Shown here in pieces: positions 17,530 to 28,110 of a stretch of DNA of 64,000 bases (its first letter is position 1; each line of letters opens with the position of its first letter). This DNA comes from a virus. Taxonomy: Duplodnaviria; Caudoviricetes. The notes beneath the pieces were generated by a model. The model did not search any database, was not told the DNA's origin, and saw nothing but the letters and a program-made list of their open reading frames with translations. The translations under genes were made by a program, and so were the position numbers. The stretch covers positions 2,725-66,724 of the IMG/VR virus record IMGVR_UViG_3300029305_011549; one strand, given 5' to 3'.

Positions 17530-18660
17530 ATGAATTATCGTGTTGTCAACGATCGCCGCTATTATAAACTGCTCGATATCGAGACAAAGCTGCATTATAC
17601 CGGTGTCCGGTATGCACTCTCCAAGACCGATTTTCTGATCTCGATGAAAAGCGATAAGAATAAGCGCAGTGTTTTCTATGTCAGCGAAGACGGTATCGAC
17701 TATCTTGTACAGTACCTCAAAGAACATAAGCACGGTCAGGATGCGAATATTCTCGAAAGAGTCAAACGGGTGGCCGTACCTATGGAAGAGCCGAGCCTTG
17801 ATACCGGCACGGTTTCCGAAACCGAATCTGTCGAAACTGCAGAGGAGATGCCTGCCATGGAGGAGATAGCCGTTCCCAATGGCAGCTCACTTTATGCGCT
17901 CGAAGACCTTTATAAGACGTTCCTTTACGGAAACGCGCCTGTCCGTATGATCCTCCGTGGTGATGATATCTGGTTTGTCGCATCCGATATCTGCGCAATT
18001 CTGGAAATTAAGAACAGCCGTGACGCGATTGAGCGTTTAGAATCCGACGAAAAGGATGTCGCTTTAACCGACACCCCCGGCGGTATTCAAAAAACAACGA
18101 TCATCAATGAACCCGGACTTTATACCATCGTCCTCTCAAGCCGTAAGCGCGAAGCAAAGAACTTCAAGCGCTGGGTTACACACGACGTCATTCCGACCAT
18201 CCGGAATACCGGCGGTTATATGCACAACCCGGATCAGATGCTCGACCATTATTTCTCCCATCTGGATGATGCTACAAAGACGGTTGTACGCGAGGCTTTT
18301 CAAACCATCGACACCATGCAGCGTGAAAATACCGCACTCAAAGCCGCAAACCGTGCAATGGCGCGTGATATTCAGACATGGGATAGCCGCGCCGTTGTAA
18401 CCTCGCTTGTCCGTAAGCTTTCGTCCGCCCGGTATGGAGGGAACTTCCAGCTCGGATGGGGAAAGTTCTATAAAGAACTCCGGTATAAGAGCAATATCGG
18501 TCTTGCACAGAGAGAACCGCTCGGTGTTCCGCTGATGGATAAGGTGCTTGACGAAGAGTGGCCGATACTGATTTCTGTCGCGGCTGCCATGTGCGAGGAT
18601 GTCGGCATCGATGTTGCCGAAACCATCAATGAAATCAACTCCGAACGTGTGACGGTTTAA
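17530..18660 (+). CDS. Bro-N domain antirepressor-like protein
   Basis: WFVASDICAILEIKNSRDAIERL...TPGGIQKTTIINEPGLYTIVLSSRKREAKNFKRWVTHDVIPTIR. Confidence 0.9.
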   Translation: MNYRVVNDRRYYKLLDIETKLHYTGVRYALSKTDFLISMKSDKNKRSVFYVSEDGIDYLVQYLKEHKHGQDANILERVKRVAVPMEEPSLDTGTVSETESVETAEEMPAMEEIAVPNGSSLYALEDLYKTFLYGNAPVRMILRGDDIWFVASDICAILEIKNSRDAIERLESDEKDVALTDTPGGIQKTTIINEPGLYTIVLSSRKREAKNFKRWVTHDVIPTIRNTGGYMHNPDQMLDHYFSHLDDATKTVVREAFQTIDTMQRENTALKAANRAMARDIQTWDSRAVVTSLVRKLSSARYGGNFQLGWGKFYKELRYKSNIGLAQREPLGVPLMDKVLDEEWPILISVAAAMCEDVGIDVAETINEINSERVTV

Positions 18661-18677
18661 GAAAGGGGGAGTGAGAT

Positions 18678-18833
18678 TTGCCGATACGCGGAGTGATTCT
18701 GATCCTGCTGATTGGATGCCTTGTTGCATTCGTCTTCAGACGCAGGATTTACCATGAGACCCAGAAGTTCCTCGCGTCTGACGAGGAGTATGACAAAAAT
18801 GCAAAGAATGAAAAGGAGAATGAAAATGAATAA
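18678..18833 (+). CDS. Small single-TM protein (51 aa; not in the ORF track)
   Basis: Translated by hand from TTG: MPIRGVILILLIGCLVAFVFRRR...; overlaps the SPFH start. Confidence 0.55.
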   Translation: MPIRGVILILLIGCLVAFVFRRRIYHETQKFLASDEEYDKNAKNEKENENE

Positions 18834-19890
18834 GTTTATCGCGGCGCTTGTCGCAGTTGCAGTCCTGTGTGTCGGATTCCTGATCGGATATAACGTAACG
18901 CACGAAACAATTCCCGCAGGCTATGTCGGTTATGTGTACGACAGAAATGCAAGCCAGTCGGATAATGTCATCCCCGGAACCTCCGTCATCAATGCGGAAC
19001 GCACCGGCAGAATTATGATCAATCCGATTACACAGAATGTTCTTACATACCCGACCACCATCGTTTCCAAGAACTGGACGGGGCTTGCAGAAGGCGACAA
19101 TAAAAAGGATATGTCCATGCAGATCGCGTCACAGGAAGGTAAGAATATCGATGCGGATATTTATATCTCTGTCCGTCCGATCGATATTGCAAAAATCATC
19201 AAGTCATTCGGGACAAAGTCGTTTGATTCCATTATCGACAACGATATTTACGGCCTGACCAAGGGTAAATTATCCACGGTTTCCCAGAAATATTCCGTTT
19301 ATGATGTGCAGTCATCCAGATCCGAAATCCAGAATGAGGTTTTTGAAATCCTTTCTGGAAATCTTGAGGACGTATACGGTGTTGAATTGATCCGATTTGA
19401 AATCGGTACGCTGATTCTTCCGACCGATATTCAGACAAAGATTGACCAGAAAACGCAGGCACAGAACGAAGTCGAGCTTGCAAAGCTGGAGCGTGAAAAG
19501 CAGGATGAGGTTAACCAGCAGATTGTCGATCAGCAGAAGGCGCAGTCTGAAAAAGAACTGATTCAGAGACAGACAGAAGCGGATGCGGCGGCGTACGAAA
19601 AGACGAGAGCGGCAGAAGCAGATCTTGCAGCGCAGGAAGCAAAACTGGAAATCGCAAAACTTCAGGTAGAGCAGGCGAAGCTTGAGAAAGAAGCGGAACT
19701 TGAAAAGCAAAAGGCATACACACAGTCCTATTTCAAGGATAAGGAACTTGATGTTCAGCTCGCGGCGGTAAAAGCGATCAATCCGTCTATCCAGACCATC
19801 GTCACGTCCGGTGACGGTGAAGGCTACAGCGCAATCGTAGGTCTTGATAAGATCCTTGACACGCTGAACGGAGAGAATTCCGCCAAGTAA
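18826..19890 (+). CDS. SPFH/band-7 (prohibitin-like) membrane protein
   Basis: N-terminal TM, TIPAGYVGYVY, band-7 core and long coiled coil. Confidence 0.85.
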   Translation: MNKFIAALVAVAVLCVGFLIGYNVTHETIPAGYVGYVYDRNASQSDNVIPGTSVINAERTGRIMINPITQNVLTYPTTIVSKNWTGLAEGDNKKDMSMQIASQEGKNIDADIYISVRPIDIAKIIKSFGTKSFDSIIDNDIYGLTKGKLSTVSQKYSVYDVQSSRSEIQNEVFEILSGNLEDVYGVELIRFEIGTLILPTDIQTKIDQKTQAQNEVELAKLEREKQDEVNQQIVDQQKAQSEKELIQRQTEADAAAYEKTRAAEADLAAQEAKLEIAKLQVEQAKLEKEAELEKQKAYTQSYFKDKELDVQLAAVKAINPSIQTIVTSGDGEGYSAIVGLDKILDTLNGENSAK

Positions 19891-19986
19891 AATTTGAAAA
19901 ATAGAGGGTGAAAAACCGTTGCGCCGCATCGTGTTTCGCCCTCTTGCAACATCTTATATCATTGCATAATACAGGAGGTTTTCGAT

Positions 19987-20274
19987 ATGGATAACGAGGT
20001 AAACGCCTTTATAGAGCGGTTTCACGAGTCAAGAGATGTGGACATCGTCTTTACAAAAGGCTGCTGTTATTGGTTTTCTAATATTTTACATATAAGATTT
20101 CCCGAAAGCACGATCATGTATGACCCTGTCGCAAATCATTTCGTTACAAAAATCGGAGACCGCCTGTTTGATATCACGGGAGATGTGACAGATGTATACC
20201 GGACAGAGCCGTGGGATACGTTCTCGGACTCTCTGGAACGCGAGCGCATCATCCGTGATTGTATCATGTTTTGA
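19987..20274 (+). CDS. Hypothetical phage protein
   Basis: RBS GGAGG; FTKGCCYWF motif. Confidence 0.7.
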   Translation: MDNEVNAFIERFHESRDVDIVFTKGCCYWFSNILHIRFPESTIMYDPVANHFVTKIGDRLFDITGDVTDVYRTEPWDTFSDSLERERIIRDCIMF

Positions 20275-20289
20275 AATTGGAGGAAGAAT

Positions 20290-22548
20290 TTGAGAGTTTT
20301 ACTGTTGCTCAGAGGCTCCGCAGGGTGCGGAAAATCCACATGGATTGAACAGAACGGGCTGAAACCCTACACTTTGTCATCGGACGATATCCGTCTGATG
20401 TACTGTGCGCCGGAAATGAATGCTGCCGGCGATACGCAGATCTCCCAGCATTGCGACCGTGCTGTCTGGGATACGCTGTTCCATATTCTGGAATCCAGAA
20501 TGGAACGTGGTGAGTTTACCGTCATCGATGCCTGTAACTCCAAAACCTCGGAGCTGACCCGCTACCGTGATCTTTGCGCCGAGTACCGATACCGGATCTA
20601 CTGCGTTGATTTTACGGATGTCCCGATTGAGGAAACCAAGCGCCGCAACCGGATGCGCCCTGCCTATAAACAGGTTCCAGACGAGGCAATCGATAAGATG
20701 TACGCCAGATTTGAAACGCAGGGTATCCCGAGCCGGATCACAGTAATCAAGCCGGATGAGCTGGATACCATCTGGTATAAAAAGAGCCGTGTGCAGTATC
20801 GCAAAATCCATGTCATCGGTGATGTGCACGGATGCAATACCGCACTACAGACATACCTCTCCGCTCATGGCGGTATCAAGGATAATGAGCTGTATATCTT
20901 TGTGGGCGACTACATTGACCGCGGTATCGAAAACGCAGATACACTGGAATTCCTTCTGTCGATTTATCAAAAGCCCAACGTCATGCTGCTGGAGGGCAAC
21001 CATGAGCGCCGCCTTTGGGAGTGGGCAAACGATGTCGTAACGGACTCTGTGGAATTTGAAACACAAACCGTATCGGACTTCCGTAAGAAGGGGATTGATA
21101 AGTCTGCTGTACGGCAACTCTACAGAAAATTCTGTCAGTGTGCTTATTTTGCATACGGTGATAAAACGTATTTCATCTCCCATGGCGGCATCAGCAAAAT
21201 TCCCGATAATTTAACCCTGATGTCAACCAAGCAGCTGATTCGCGGTACCGGCGGCTATTCCGAGTCCGTGGCGGCGGATGCGGCGTTTGCCAAATACGCC
21301 GAAACATCCGGTGATTACACCGTGCAGATTCACGGTCACAGAAATTCGTCGCATGAGGATGTGCGGATTAACAAGTATGCGTACAATCTTGAGGGCGGTG
21401 TCGAGTTCGGAGGCTGCCTGCGCTGTCTGCAGATCGATGAATACGGCGAGATCACAGTTTTTGAAACCAAAAACGAGATCGTCTCCCAGCGGTATGTCAA
21501 AACTACAGAAGAAGATAAAGCGTGTGAACAGCTCGATGCCGATCTTGGAAAAATCATCATCGAAATGCGCAAAAACAGCCTTATCAAAGAGTCGAATTTC
21601 GGCGATGTGTCCAGTTTTAACTTCACAAAACGAGCATTTTATGATAAAGCATGGGACGATATGACCATGCGTGCAAGAGGTCTTTATATCAATGTTCCAA
21701 AAACAAAGGTTGTCGCCCGTGCGTATGAGAAATTCTTCAATATCAACGAGCGCCCGGAAACCAAGCTGGATGTCCTGATGCATACGCTGTCCTTTCCGGT
21801 TCGCGCTTATGTCAAGGAGAACGGATTCCTCGGTATCGTTTCCTATAACGAGGAGGATGACTCGCTGTTCATCACGACAAAATCCGCACCGAACGGTCCG
21901 ATGGCAGAGATCCTGCGCGATATGCTCTATAAGACGGTTTCTGGTGAAATCCTTGATGAAATCAAGGCGTTTGTCAAAGCAAATGATGTTTCCATGGTTT
22001 TTGAGTGTATCGACATGGAGCGTGACCCGCATATCATTGAGTATCCGGAAAGCAAGCTCGTCCTGCTCGATATTATTAAAAACAGTATGCGCTTTGAAAA
22101 GCTGCCGTATGAGGATGTTCAAAAATACGCCGCAGCATTCCGCCTCCCGTGCAAGGAGTTTGCGTATGTCATCGAGGACAGTCAGGAGTTCTACGACTGG
22201 TACCGCATGGTGCTTGAAGAAGACTATACATACAATGGCCGCAGAATCGAGGGCTTCGTCATCGAAGATCAGCGCGGTATGCAGGTAAAGCTGAAGCTTG
22301 CGTACTACAATTTCTGGAAATTCATGAGAGGTCTTTCTTATGAAATTCTCAAATGCGGCAGCATCGACGGAAAAAAGACAGCCGCGCTTACCACGCCGCT
22401 TGCTAACCATTACTATGCATGGATTCAGACGCAGTATAATCCGGAAACAAGACTTGAAAACCCGGAGAATATCTGCTCTCTGCGCAGAAGATTTTTTGCA
22501 TCGGAGGACGGTGCAAAATTCGCTGATAAAAAAGGAGAAACTACATGA
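20290..22548 (+). CDS. Polynucleotide kinase-phosphatase-RNA ligase fusion (Pnkp/Rnl1-like)
   Basis: N-terminal LRGSAGCGKS kinase, central GDVHG/GDYIDRG/GNHE metallophosphoesterase, C-terminal KENG...EGFVI...KLK ligase motifs. Confidence 0.88.
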   Translation: MRVLLLLRGSAGCGKSTWIEQNGLKPYTLSSDDIRLMYCAPEMNAAGDTQISQHCDRAVWDTLFHILESRMERGEFTVIDACNSKTSELTRYRDLCAEYRYRIYCVDFTDVPIEETKRRNRMRPAYKQVPDEAIDKMYARFETQGIPSRITVIKPDELDTIWYKKSRVQYRKIHVIGDVHGCNTALQTYLSAHGGIKDNELYIFVGDYIDRGIENADTLEFLLSIYQKPNVMLLEGNHERRLWEWANDVVTDSVEFETQTVSDFRKKGIDKSAVRQLYRKFCQCAYFAYGDKTYFISHGGISKIPDNLTLMSTKQLIRGTGGYSESVAADAAFAKYAETSGDYTVQIHGHRNSSHEDVRINKYAYNLEGGVEFGGCLRCLQIDEYGEITVFETKNEIVSQRYVKTTEEDKACEQLDADLGKIIIEMRKNSLIKESNFGDVSSFNFTKRAFYDKAWDDMTMRARGLYINVPKTKVVARAYEKFFNINERPETKLDVLMHTLSFPVRAYVKENGFLGIVSYNEEDDSLFITTKSAPNGPMAEILRDMLYKTVSGEILDEIKAFVKANDVSMVFECIDMERDPHIIEYPESKLVLLDIIKNSMRFEKLPYEDVQKYAAAFRLPCKEFAYVIEDSQEFYDWYRMVLEEDYTYNGRRIEGFVIEDQRGMQVKLKLAYYNFWKFMRGLSYEILKCGSIDGKKTAALTTPLANHYYAWIQTQYNPETRLENPENICSLRRRFFASEDGAKFADKKGETT

Positions 22549-23180
22549 ACTTAAAGGAAGCATTTCGATACCAGACTTATCTTGATACCCTCATGAACGG
22601 CTGTCAGTTATACATTACCACACCCGATCACTGTCTGAAAACCACGGAATTCCATCATAAATCCGTAAGAAATCCGGACGCCGCAGACGAAGAAAAGGTA
22701 GTGGAGAAAGAAAATCCGTACCATATCTCAGATGTCATCGCGTTCGCACAGTGGCTGATTGAGCAGAAGATAACGCTGACCGAGGCGATTTCCATCGCAA
22801 AATCCTATCTTCCGCATAATGTCGACGCGCTCGTCGAGTCCAATAAGTTCAGACAGCGGATCGCAGGATCCATGAACGCCATGCTTGGGCAGTTAAAGGC
22901 ACGGAAAGTGACTACCCATCGTCAGGATTACAAATTCAACGCCGAGGGAAACCAAATGGCGTATAATTACGACGTCGATATTGTAAACGAGGAGCTGTTT
23001 GACCGCTCTGTTGTTAAGCGAATGGTTATCCAGATGATGGCAGCCGCTGATGAGACGTCCGCGGAGATCGATTCTATCATGGTAAATACCGATGTCCTCT
23101 ATGCACCGAGACTGAGTGTAAACGGTACATTTGAGGATGCCATGGATGCCTATCTGACATTCAGCAAAGACGAAACCTGA
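22545..23180 (+). CDS. Conserved-looking hypothetical helical protein (MNLKEAFRYQ...)
   Basis: RBS AAAGGAG; overlaps the Pnkp stop. Confidence 0.75.
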   Translation: MNLKEAFRYQTYLDTLMNGCQLYITTPDHCLKTTEFHHKSVRNPDAADEEKVVEKENPYHISDVIAFAQWLIEQKITLTEAISIAKSYLPHNVDALVESNKFRQRIAGSMNAMLGQLKARKVTTHRQDYKFNAEGNQMAYNYDVDIVNEELFDRSVVKRMVIQMMAAADETSAEIDSIMVNTDVLYAPRLSVNGTFEDAMDAYLTFSKDET

Positions 23181-23194
23181 CAGACAGAGAGCAT

Positions 23195-23642
23195 TGCAGC
23201 TCTCTGTTTCGGGTGAAATTTTCAAGTGTGATTCCGGATTCTGTATGATTTTCATACATCCCGATGATAAACGGCAGCACAATCTGACTCAACCTGTCCT
23301 CCTCCCCTGACAGAAATCAGAAAGTGTTCTGTGTATCGTCAAAAAAACTAAAAGATCGATGTTCGCCCCCGTCCGCAAGTTTGCATGCAGATGGTTGCGT
23401 TCGGATCATGAGATAAAAAGATTCTATACTATTCAATATAGTACTTAATGCCGCTGCGCTACACACAATTCTCAAGCCACTCTTCATTATCTCGCTTCAA
23501 CATCATTCAAAAGTTCGACAAGCGCTTCGCCAACAATCTATTAAAGACAAGCAGCTTGAAATGCTTTCTTGAAAAACAGCATTAACAGACAATTTGTATT
23601 CCGGATAATATAAGAGATTTTCACCTGAAACAGAGAGCTGCA
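23195..23642 (+). ncRNA. Putative ~450-nt structured non-coding RNA closed by a 24-bp inverted repeat
   Basis: 23195-23218 pairs with 23619-23642 (23 Watson-Crick pairs plus one G-U); internal hairpins; no credible ORF. Confidence 0.6.
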
Positions 23643-23652
23643 CAAAGAAAGG

Positions 23653-24435
23653 ATGATCTTTATCAAAAAGCATCACAAGATTTTTATTACCGGCGACTGC
23701 CACGCCGATTTCCGAAAGTTTTCAACCGAGAATTTTCCGGAACAGATAAATATGACACGCGACGACTTTGTCATTGTATGCGGGGATTTCGGAATCTGGC
23801 ATGATACCGCGTCAGAGCGCTGGTGGTTCGATTGGCTTTCGGAAAAGCCGTTTACCGTGCTGTTCGTTGACGGCAACCATGAAAACTTCGACCGTCTGAT
23901 GGGCGGAGAATTCGAAGTTGTTGATTTCCACGGCGGAAAGGCGCACAAGATCCGCGAGAATATATACCATCTGATGCGCGGTTATGTATTCGAGCTTTGC
24001 GGAAAGCACTTCTTTGCGTTCGGAGGTGCACAGAGCCATGATATTGGAGACGGGATCGTCAATGAATCCGATTATCCGACGCACCGCGATTTCCTGAATG
24101 CCATCAGACGAATGACGGATCAGGGAAAGATGTTCCGTATTAACCATCTCTCATGGTGGAAGGAGGAAATGCCGTCCGGCGAGGAGTACAGCACCGGAGA
24201 TCAGAGCCTGCAGGCGTGCGGATGGAACGTGGATTATATCATTACGCACTGCGCACCGACTCGCTTTCTCCGGGATATTTCGGATGACTATGAGCCGGAC
24301 GAATTGACAACCTATCTTGATGTGATTGAGAAAAACACCAAGTATAAGGGATGGTTCTGCGGTCATTACCATCAGAACAGAAGCATCAGTAAAAAATTCC
24401 ATATCTTATACCATACAATCGAGGCGGTGATGTGA
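23653..24435 (+). CDS. Calcineurin-like metallophosphoesterase
   Basis: TGDCH, GDFG, DGNHE, THCAP, GHYH. Confidence 0.88.
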   Translation: MIFIKKHHKIFITGDCHADFRKFSTENFPEQINMTRDDFVIVCGDFGIWHDTASERWWFDWLSEKPFTVLFVDGNHENFDRLMGGEFEVVDFHGGKAHKIRENIYHLMRGYVFELCGKHFFAFGGAQSHDIGDGIVNESDYPTHRDFLNAIRRMTDQGKMFRINHLSWWKEEMPSGEEYSTGDQSLQACGWNVDYIITHCAPTRFLRDISDDYEPDELTTYLDVIEKNTKYKGWFCGHYHQNRSISKKFHILYHTIEAVM

Positions 24436-24438
24436 GCT

Positions 24439-25059
24439 GTGAACATTAAGATTTCACAAGGAAATTCCAAATTGGGTTCGATCCCAAGCGTCTCATTACC
24501 TGCAGGTGTAACCTGTACGCAAGGCTGCGAATGCGGTGTCAAGTGTTACGCCAAGAAGCTGGAGCGTCTGCGTCCGGCCGTCCGGGCGGCGTACGCACGG
24601 AACCTCAGCGTTCTGCATGAGAATCCGGATACATATTGGAGAGAGGTCGAGGCATCAATTATGATGTCTCGCTTTTTCCGTTTTCACGTCTCCGGTGATA
24701 TCCCGGACGATACATATTTTGCGCAAATGATCGATGTCGCAAGCCGCAATTCACACTGTCAGATTCTTTGCTTTACGAAAAAGTACGATATTGTCAACAG
24801 ATACATCAGTCATGGAATTCGCACGGACGTCAGCGACGTGATTCCTGATAATTTGCAGGTGGTTTTCAGCGTCTGGAGAAACTTCCCGTGCCATAATCCG
24901 TTTGCGTTGCCGCAGGCACACGTCAGATACCGCGACGGAACCACAACCGCACCGAACGGCGCGAGGGAGTGCGGCGGCAACTGCTCGGAATGCGCGGTCA
25001 CGGACGGCGGCTGCTGGTCGCTCGGACTTGGCGAGCACGTGGTATTCAACGAGCATTAA
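24439..25059 (+). CDS. Cys-rich phage protein (GP88-like, radical-SAM-related)
   Basis: GNSKLG...SLPAGVTC...C..KCYA...FRFHVSGDI. Confidence 0.55.
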   Translation: MNIKISQGNSKLGSIPSVSLPAGVTCTQGCECGVKCYAKKLERLRPAVRAAYARNLSVLHENPDTYWREVEASIMMSRFFRFHVSGDIPDDTYFAQMIDVASRNSHCQILCFTKKYDIVNRYISHGIRTDVSDVIPDNLQVVFSVWRNFPCHNPFALPQAHVRYRDGTTTAPNGARECGGNCSECAVTDGGCWSLGLGEHVVFNEH

Positions 25060-25210
25060 CTCCAATAAGAAAGGACAAATATATGTATTACAGATGCCTT
25101 GCACTCATCGGTATGATGATGGTTTATCTGACCGTGCTTTTTTCCGGTGCTGTGGTCTACGCTTTAGGATGTTTTATTTGGAATTTTTGTCATAAGAAGG
25201 AGCGCGATTT

Positions 25211-25423
25211 ATGATCGAGATATTTGTAGTATTCATCGTTTTAGTTCCGCTGTTTTTCGGATTGTTTTGTACTGCGATTGGTTTGTGCTATATCATCGGA
25301 TACGCGACAGCGAAAGCGGTGGATTATATGGAGAACAGACTTAGAGAATACTACGCACAAGCAATCAAAAACAGAGAAGAAAAGAGAAAATCGAAGGGGA
25401 AAATTGACAAATGGCATACATAG
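25211..25423 (+). CDS. Small membrane protein
   Basis: Hydrophobic N-terminal half. Confidence 0.55.
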   Translation: MIEIFVVFIVLVPLFFGLFCTAIGLCYIIGYATAKAVDYMENRLREYYAQAIKNREEKRKSKGKIDKWHT

Positions 25424-25983
25424 ACCGGTATTTTTCGTGCATAAAAGAGCAGTTTGATTTGCTTGAAACGATTGTAAATTCAGCCGAGCGCGGCGATCTT
25501 TCCGGAATTATTCCATGCAAAAGAGCATCAGGATGTGACAGCTATCAGGGAGCCTCGCCTCTTAGAAGAAAGGTCGACGAGCTGCTGGAAAAATACGAGG
25601 ACGTGATCAATATCTCTGCAAAGTATACAGAGCACGACGACAGCAGGGAGAAACTGATTTTTCTGCCGTTGTCGATCGGTGATCCTGTGTATAAGATTGA
25701 TAAGTATGAAATTGTTTATACACCAAACGAAAATCCCACATGGAAACGGGTGCTGCAACCTCATATCGAGGAACTTTTTGTCACAAACCTGATGATTTCG
25801 CAAAATAAAAAGGGCGAATGGACGAAAAAGTACAGAGCGTGTAATGGAGTAATTCGTTGCGACTTTTCGTTTGATGATATCGGGCGTGCGGTTTTTACCA
25901 CAGAGTACGATGCGGAATATGCAATAGAGGAGATGAAAAAGAATGAGTTATCACGCAACCTTTCAGCTTCAGATTCTGAATAA
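25411..25983 (+). CDS. Hypothetical phage protein
   Basis: ORF within a co-oriented overlapping run. Confidence 0.65.
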   Translation: MAYIDRYFSCIKEQFDLLETIVNSAERGDLSGIIPCKRASGCDSYQGASPLRRKVDELLEKYEDVINISAKYTEHDDSREKLIFLPLSIGDPVYKIDKYEIVYTPNENPTWKRVLQPHIEELFVTNLMISQNKKGEWTKKYRACNGVIRCDFSFDDIGRAVFTTEYDAEYAIEEMKKNELSRNLSASDSE

Positions 25984-26308
25984 AGATGAGCTTGAAAAAG
26001 AAACCATCGACAGAATCAAAGAAGAAATCGAGAACTTAAACATATTTGAACAGTATTATGATGATGTATGGTCTGCCTGTAGCATGAGTTGGACGTATTG
26101 CGTTGAAGATATGTGTGATATTTCGGCGAAAATTCCTGAGGCAATTTTCCATCTGAGTGTATATGGCGAAGATTCATACGAGGATATCTGGGACGCATAT
26201 TTTCTCGGAGGGAAATATCAGATTGTCATAGCGGAGATTGTTCGTGGGGAATTCGACCCGGAAAAATTATTCGATCCGAAGGAGCAAAATAATGGAAGTG
26301 TTAAATGA
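25943..26308 (+). CDS. Hypothetical phage protein
   Basis: RBS GAGGAG. Confidence 0.65.
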   Translation: MSYHATFQLQILNKDELEKETIDRIKEEIENLNIFEQYYDDVWSACSMSWTYCVEDMCDISAKIPEAIFHLSVYGEDSYEDIWDAYFLGGKYQIVIAEIVRGEFDPEKLFDPKEQNNGSVK

Positions 26309-26837
26309 TCATAGAACCGTTGTTGTCAATCTCTTTGGTGTCCCGGGAGCCGGGAAGTCAACGGGCGCGGCATACATTTTCAGTAAGCTGAAGATGCTTG
26401 GATATGACGCAGAGCTGGTGACAGAATTTGCAAAAGATAAGGTTTGGGAAGAGAGTGTCGAGGTTTTCAAGAACCAGGCATACATCTTTGGAAAACAGTA
26501 TTTCCGAATGACACGATGTGCGGAAAAAGTAAATCTCATTATAACAGACAGCCCACTTCTTCTTTGCAGATTTTATAACAGATCGGAGACACTCGGAGAT
26601 ACATTTAACGCTCTTGTTACAAAAGTTTTTCATTCATTTGAAAATGTGAACTTCTTAATCAACCGTGTAAAGAAATATAACCCATCGGGAAGATTCCAGA
26701 ATGAAGAGCAGAGTGATGCGCTTGCCGCTCCGATGAAGGAGTTGTTGCGATCGTCTGGGGTGGAATATACAGAGGTTGATGGATGTGAGGACGGATATAA
26801 CGAAATCGTCAGTACTATTGTAAATTATTTATCTTAA
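26292..26837 (+). CDS. P-loop kinase (NadR/Ttd14-type AAA domain-like)
   Basis: NLFGVPGAGKST...VTEFAKD...ITDSPLL. Confidence 0.7.
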   Translation: MEVLNDHRTVVVNLFGVPGAGKSTGAAYIFSKLKMLGYDAELVTEFAKDKVWEESVEVFKNQAYIFGKQYFRMTRCAEKVNLIITDSPLLLCRFYNRSETLGDTFNALVTKVFHSFENVNFLINRVKKYNPSGRFQNEEQSDALAAPMKELLRSSGVEYTEVDGCEDGYNEIVSTIVNYLS

Positions 26838-26853
26838 AGGAGGTCGAACCGCT

Positions 26854-28110
26854 TTGATTTACGTGTGCGATGCCATTATGGGTTCCGGCAAATCCAGTGC
26901 TGCCATTCAGTATATGAATGACCACCAAAACGAAAAATTCATTTACGTGACACCGTATCTTGAAGAAGACGACCGTATTAAAGAGAATTGTCCGGCGTTA
27001 CATTTTGTCAAGCCGAGCGCGGCCTACAGCAAATATAACCACAAGAAAATACAGCATACGGCCGCGTTGATCAAGCAGGGAAAAAATATCGCTACGACAC
27101 ATCAGGCGTTTGGTCTGTATACCGACCAAATGTTAGACGATATCAGAGAGCATGGGTATAACCTGATTATCGATGAAGCTATCAGTATTTTTGCGAAGTG
27201 TGAATTCAACGTCGGTGATATTCAAACGCTTGCTGAGTCCGGGTATATTCGAAAAGATGAAAACGGCTCATATATTGCAACCGGAAAAGAATATACCGGA
27301 TCGAGACTGCGTGATGCGGTGTGTATGGTTCAATCCAAAAATTTAGTTCGTGTGCGGGATTATAAAAGCCTGTATTATTGGGAGATGCCCATCGAGCTGA
27401 TAAAATCGTTTCAGAATGTTTTCATATTGACATATTTATTTGAAGGACAGAGTATGTGTTATCATCTGAAGATACACAACATTGAGTATACGTATATTCA
27501 TGTTCAGAAAGATAACGGTTGTTACAGATTCAGTTCCGACAATAAGTATATTCCAGAATACGTTCAGAATATCAAAAGCAAGATCCATATTCTCGATCAT
27601 GAATATTTGAATCAGGCAGATCTTGATTGGAGATCGCAGAAGCATAGCGAAAAGGCTTTGTCAAAAGGATGGTTTGAATCAACAAAAAACGAAGAACGCA
27701 TTCAGGAACTCAAAGACGATCTGCATATGCTGTTCAATAAGTTATGGCCGGAAGCAACCGCGAAAAATTCAATGTGGGGTACATTCAAAACAGCGGAACG
27801 TAAGCTGCGCGGTAAGGGATATTCCAACGGTTTTGTCGTTTTCAATGAGAGGGCGACCAATAAATACAGAAATAAAAAATATCTCGCTTATCTTGCAAAC
27901 ATCTTCATGAATGTACCGGAAAAATTGCATTACCAGAGTTCTGGTCTTTATGTAAATGAAGATGCCTACGCCCTTTCTGTACTCGTTCAATGGATTTGGC
28001 GCTCCGCCATTCGAGACGGTGAGGAAATCTGGCTTTACCTCCCGAGTATCCGTATGCGGAGACTTCTCACGGAATGGATGGACAGACTGGAGAGCGGACA
28101 GACACAGTGA
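26854..28110 (+). CDS. Divergent SF2 helicase-like protein
   Basis: DAIMGSGKS Walker A, IIDEA Walker B, QWIWRSAIR motif VI-like. Confidence 0.65.
   Translation: MIYVCDAIMGSGKSSAAIQYMNDHQNEKFIYVTPYLEEDDRIKENCPALHFVKPSAAYSKYNHKKIQHTAALIKQGKNIATTHQAFGLYTDQMLDDIREHGYNLIIDEAISIFAKCEFNVGDIQTLAESGYIRKDENGSYIATGKEYTGSRLRDAVCMVQSKNLVRVRDYKSLYYWEMPIELIKSFQNVFILTYLFEGQSMCYHLKIHNIEYTYIHVQKDNGCYRFSSDNKYIPEYVQNIKSKIHILDHEYLNQADLDWRSQKHSEKALSKGWFESTKNEERIQELKDDLHMLFNKLWPEATAKNSMWGTFKTAERKLRGKGYSNGFVVFNERATNKYRNKKYLAYLANIFMNVPEKLHYQSSGLYVNEDAYALSVLVQWIWRSAIRDGEEIWLYLPSIRMRRLLTEWMDRLESGQTQ

Noticed and set aside
23195-23642. Third copy of the RT-associated ncRNA
   Set aside because: It lacks the GCTCCTCGCT..CAGC.GGAGTAACA core and the post-arm G context; kept as a separate finding.
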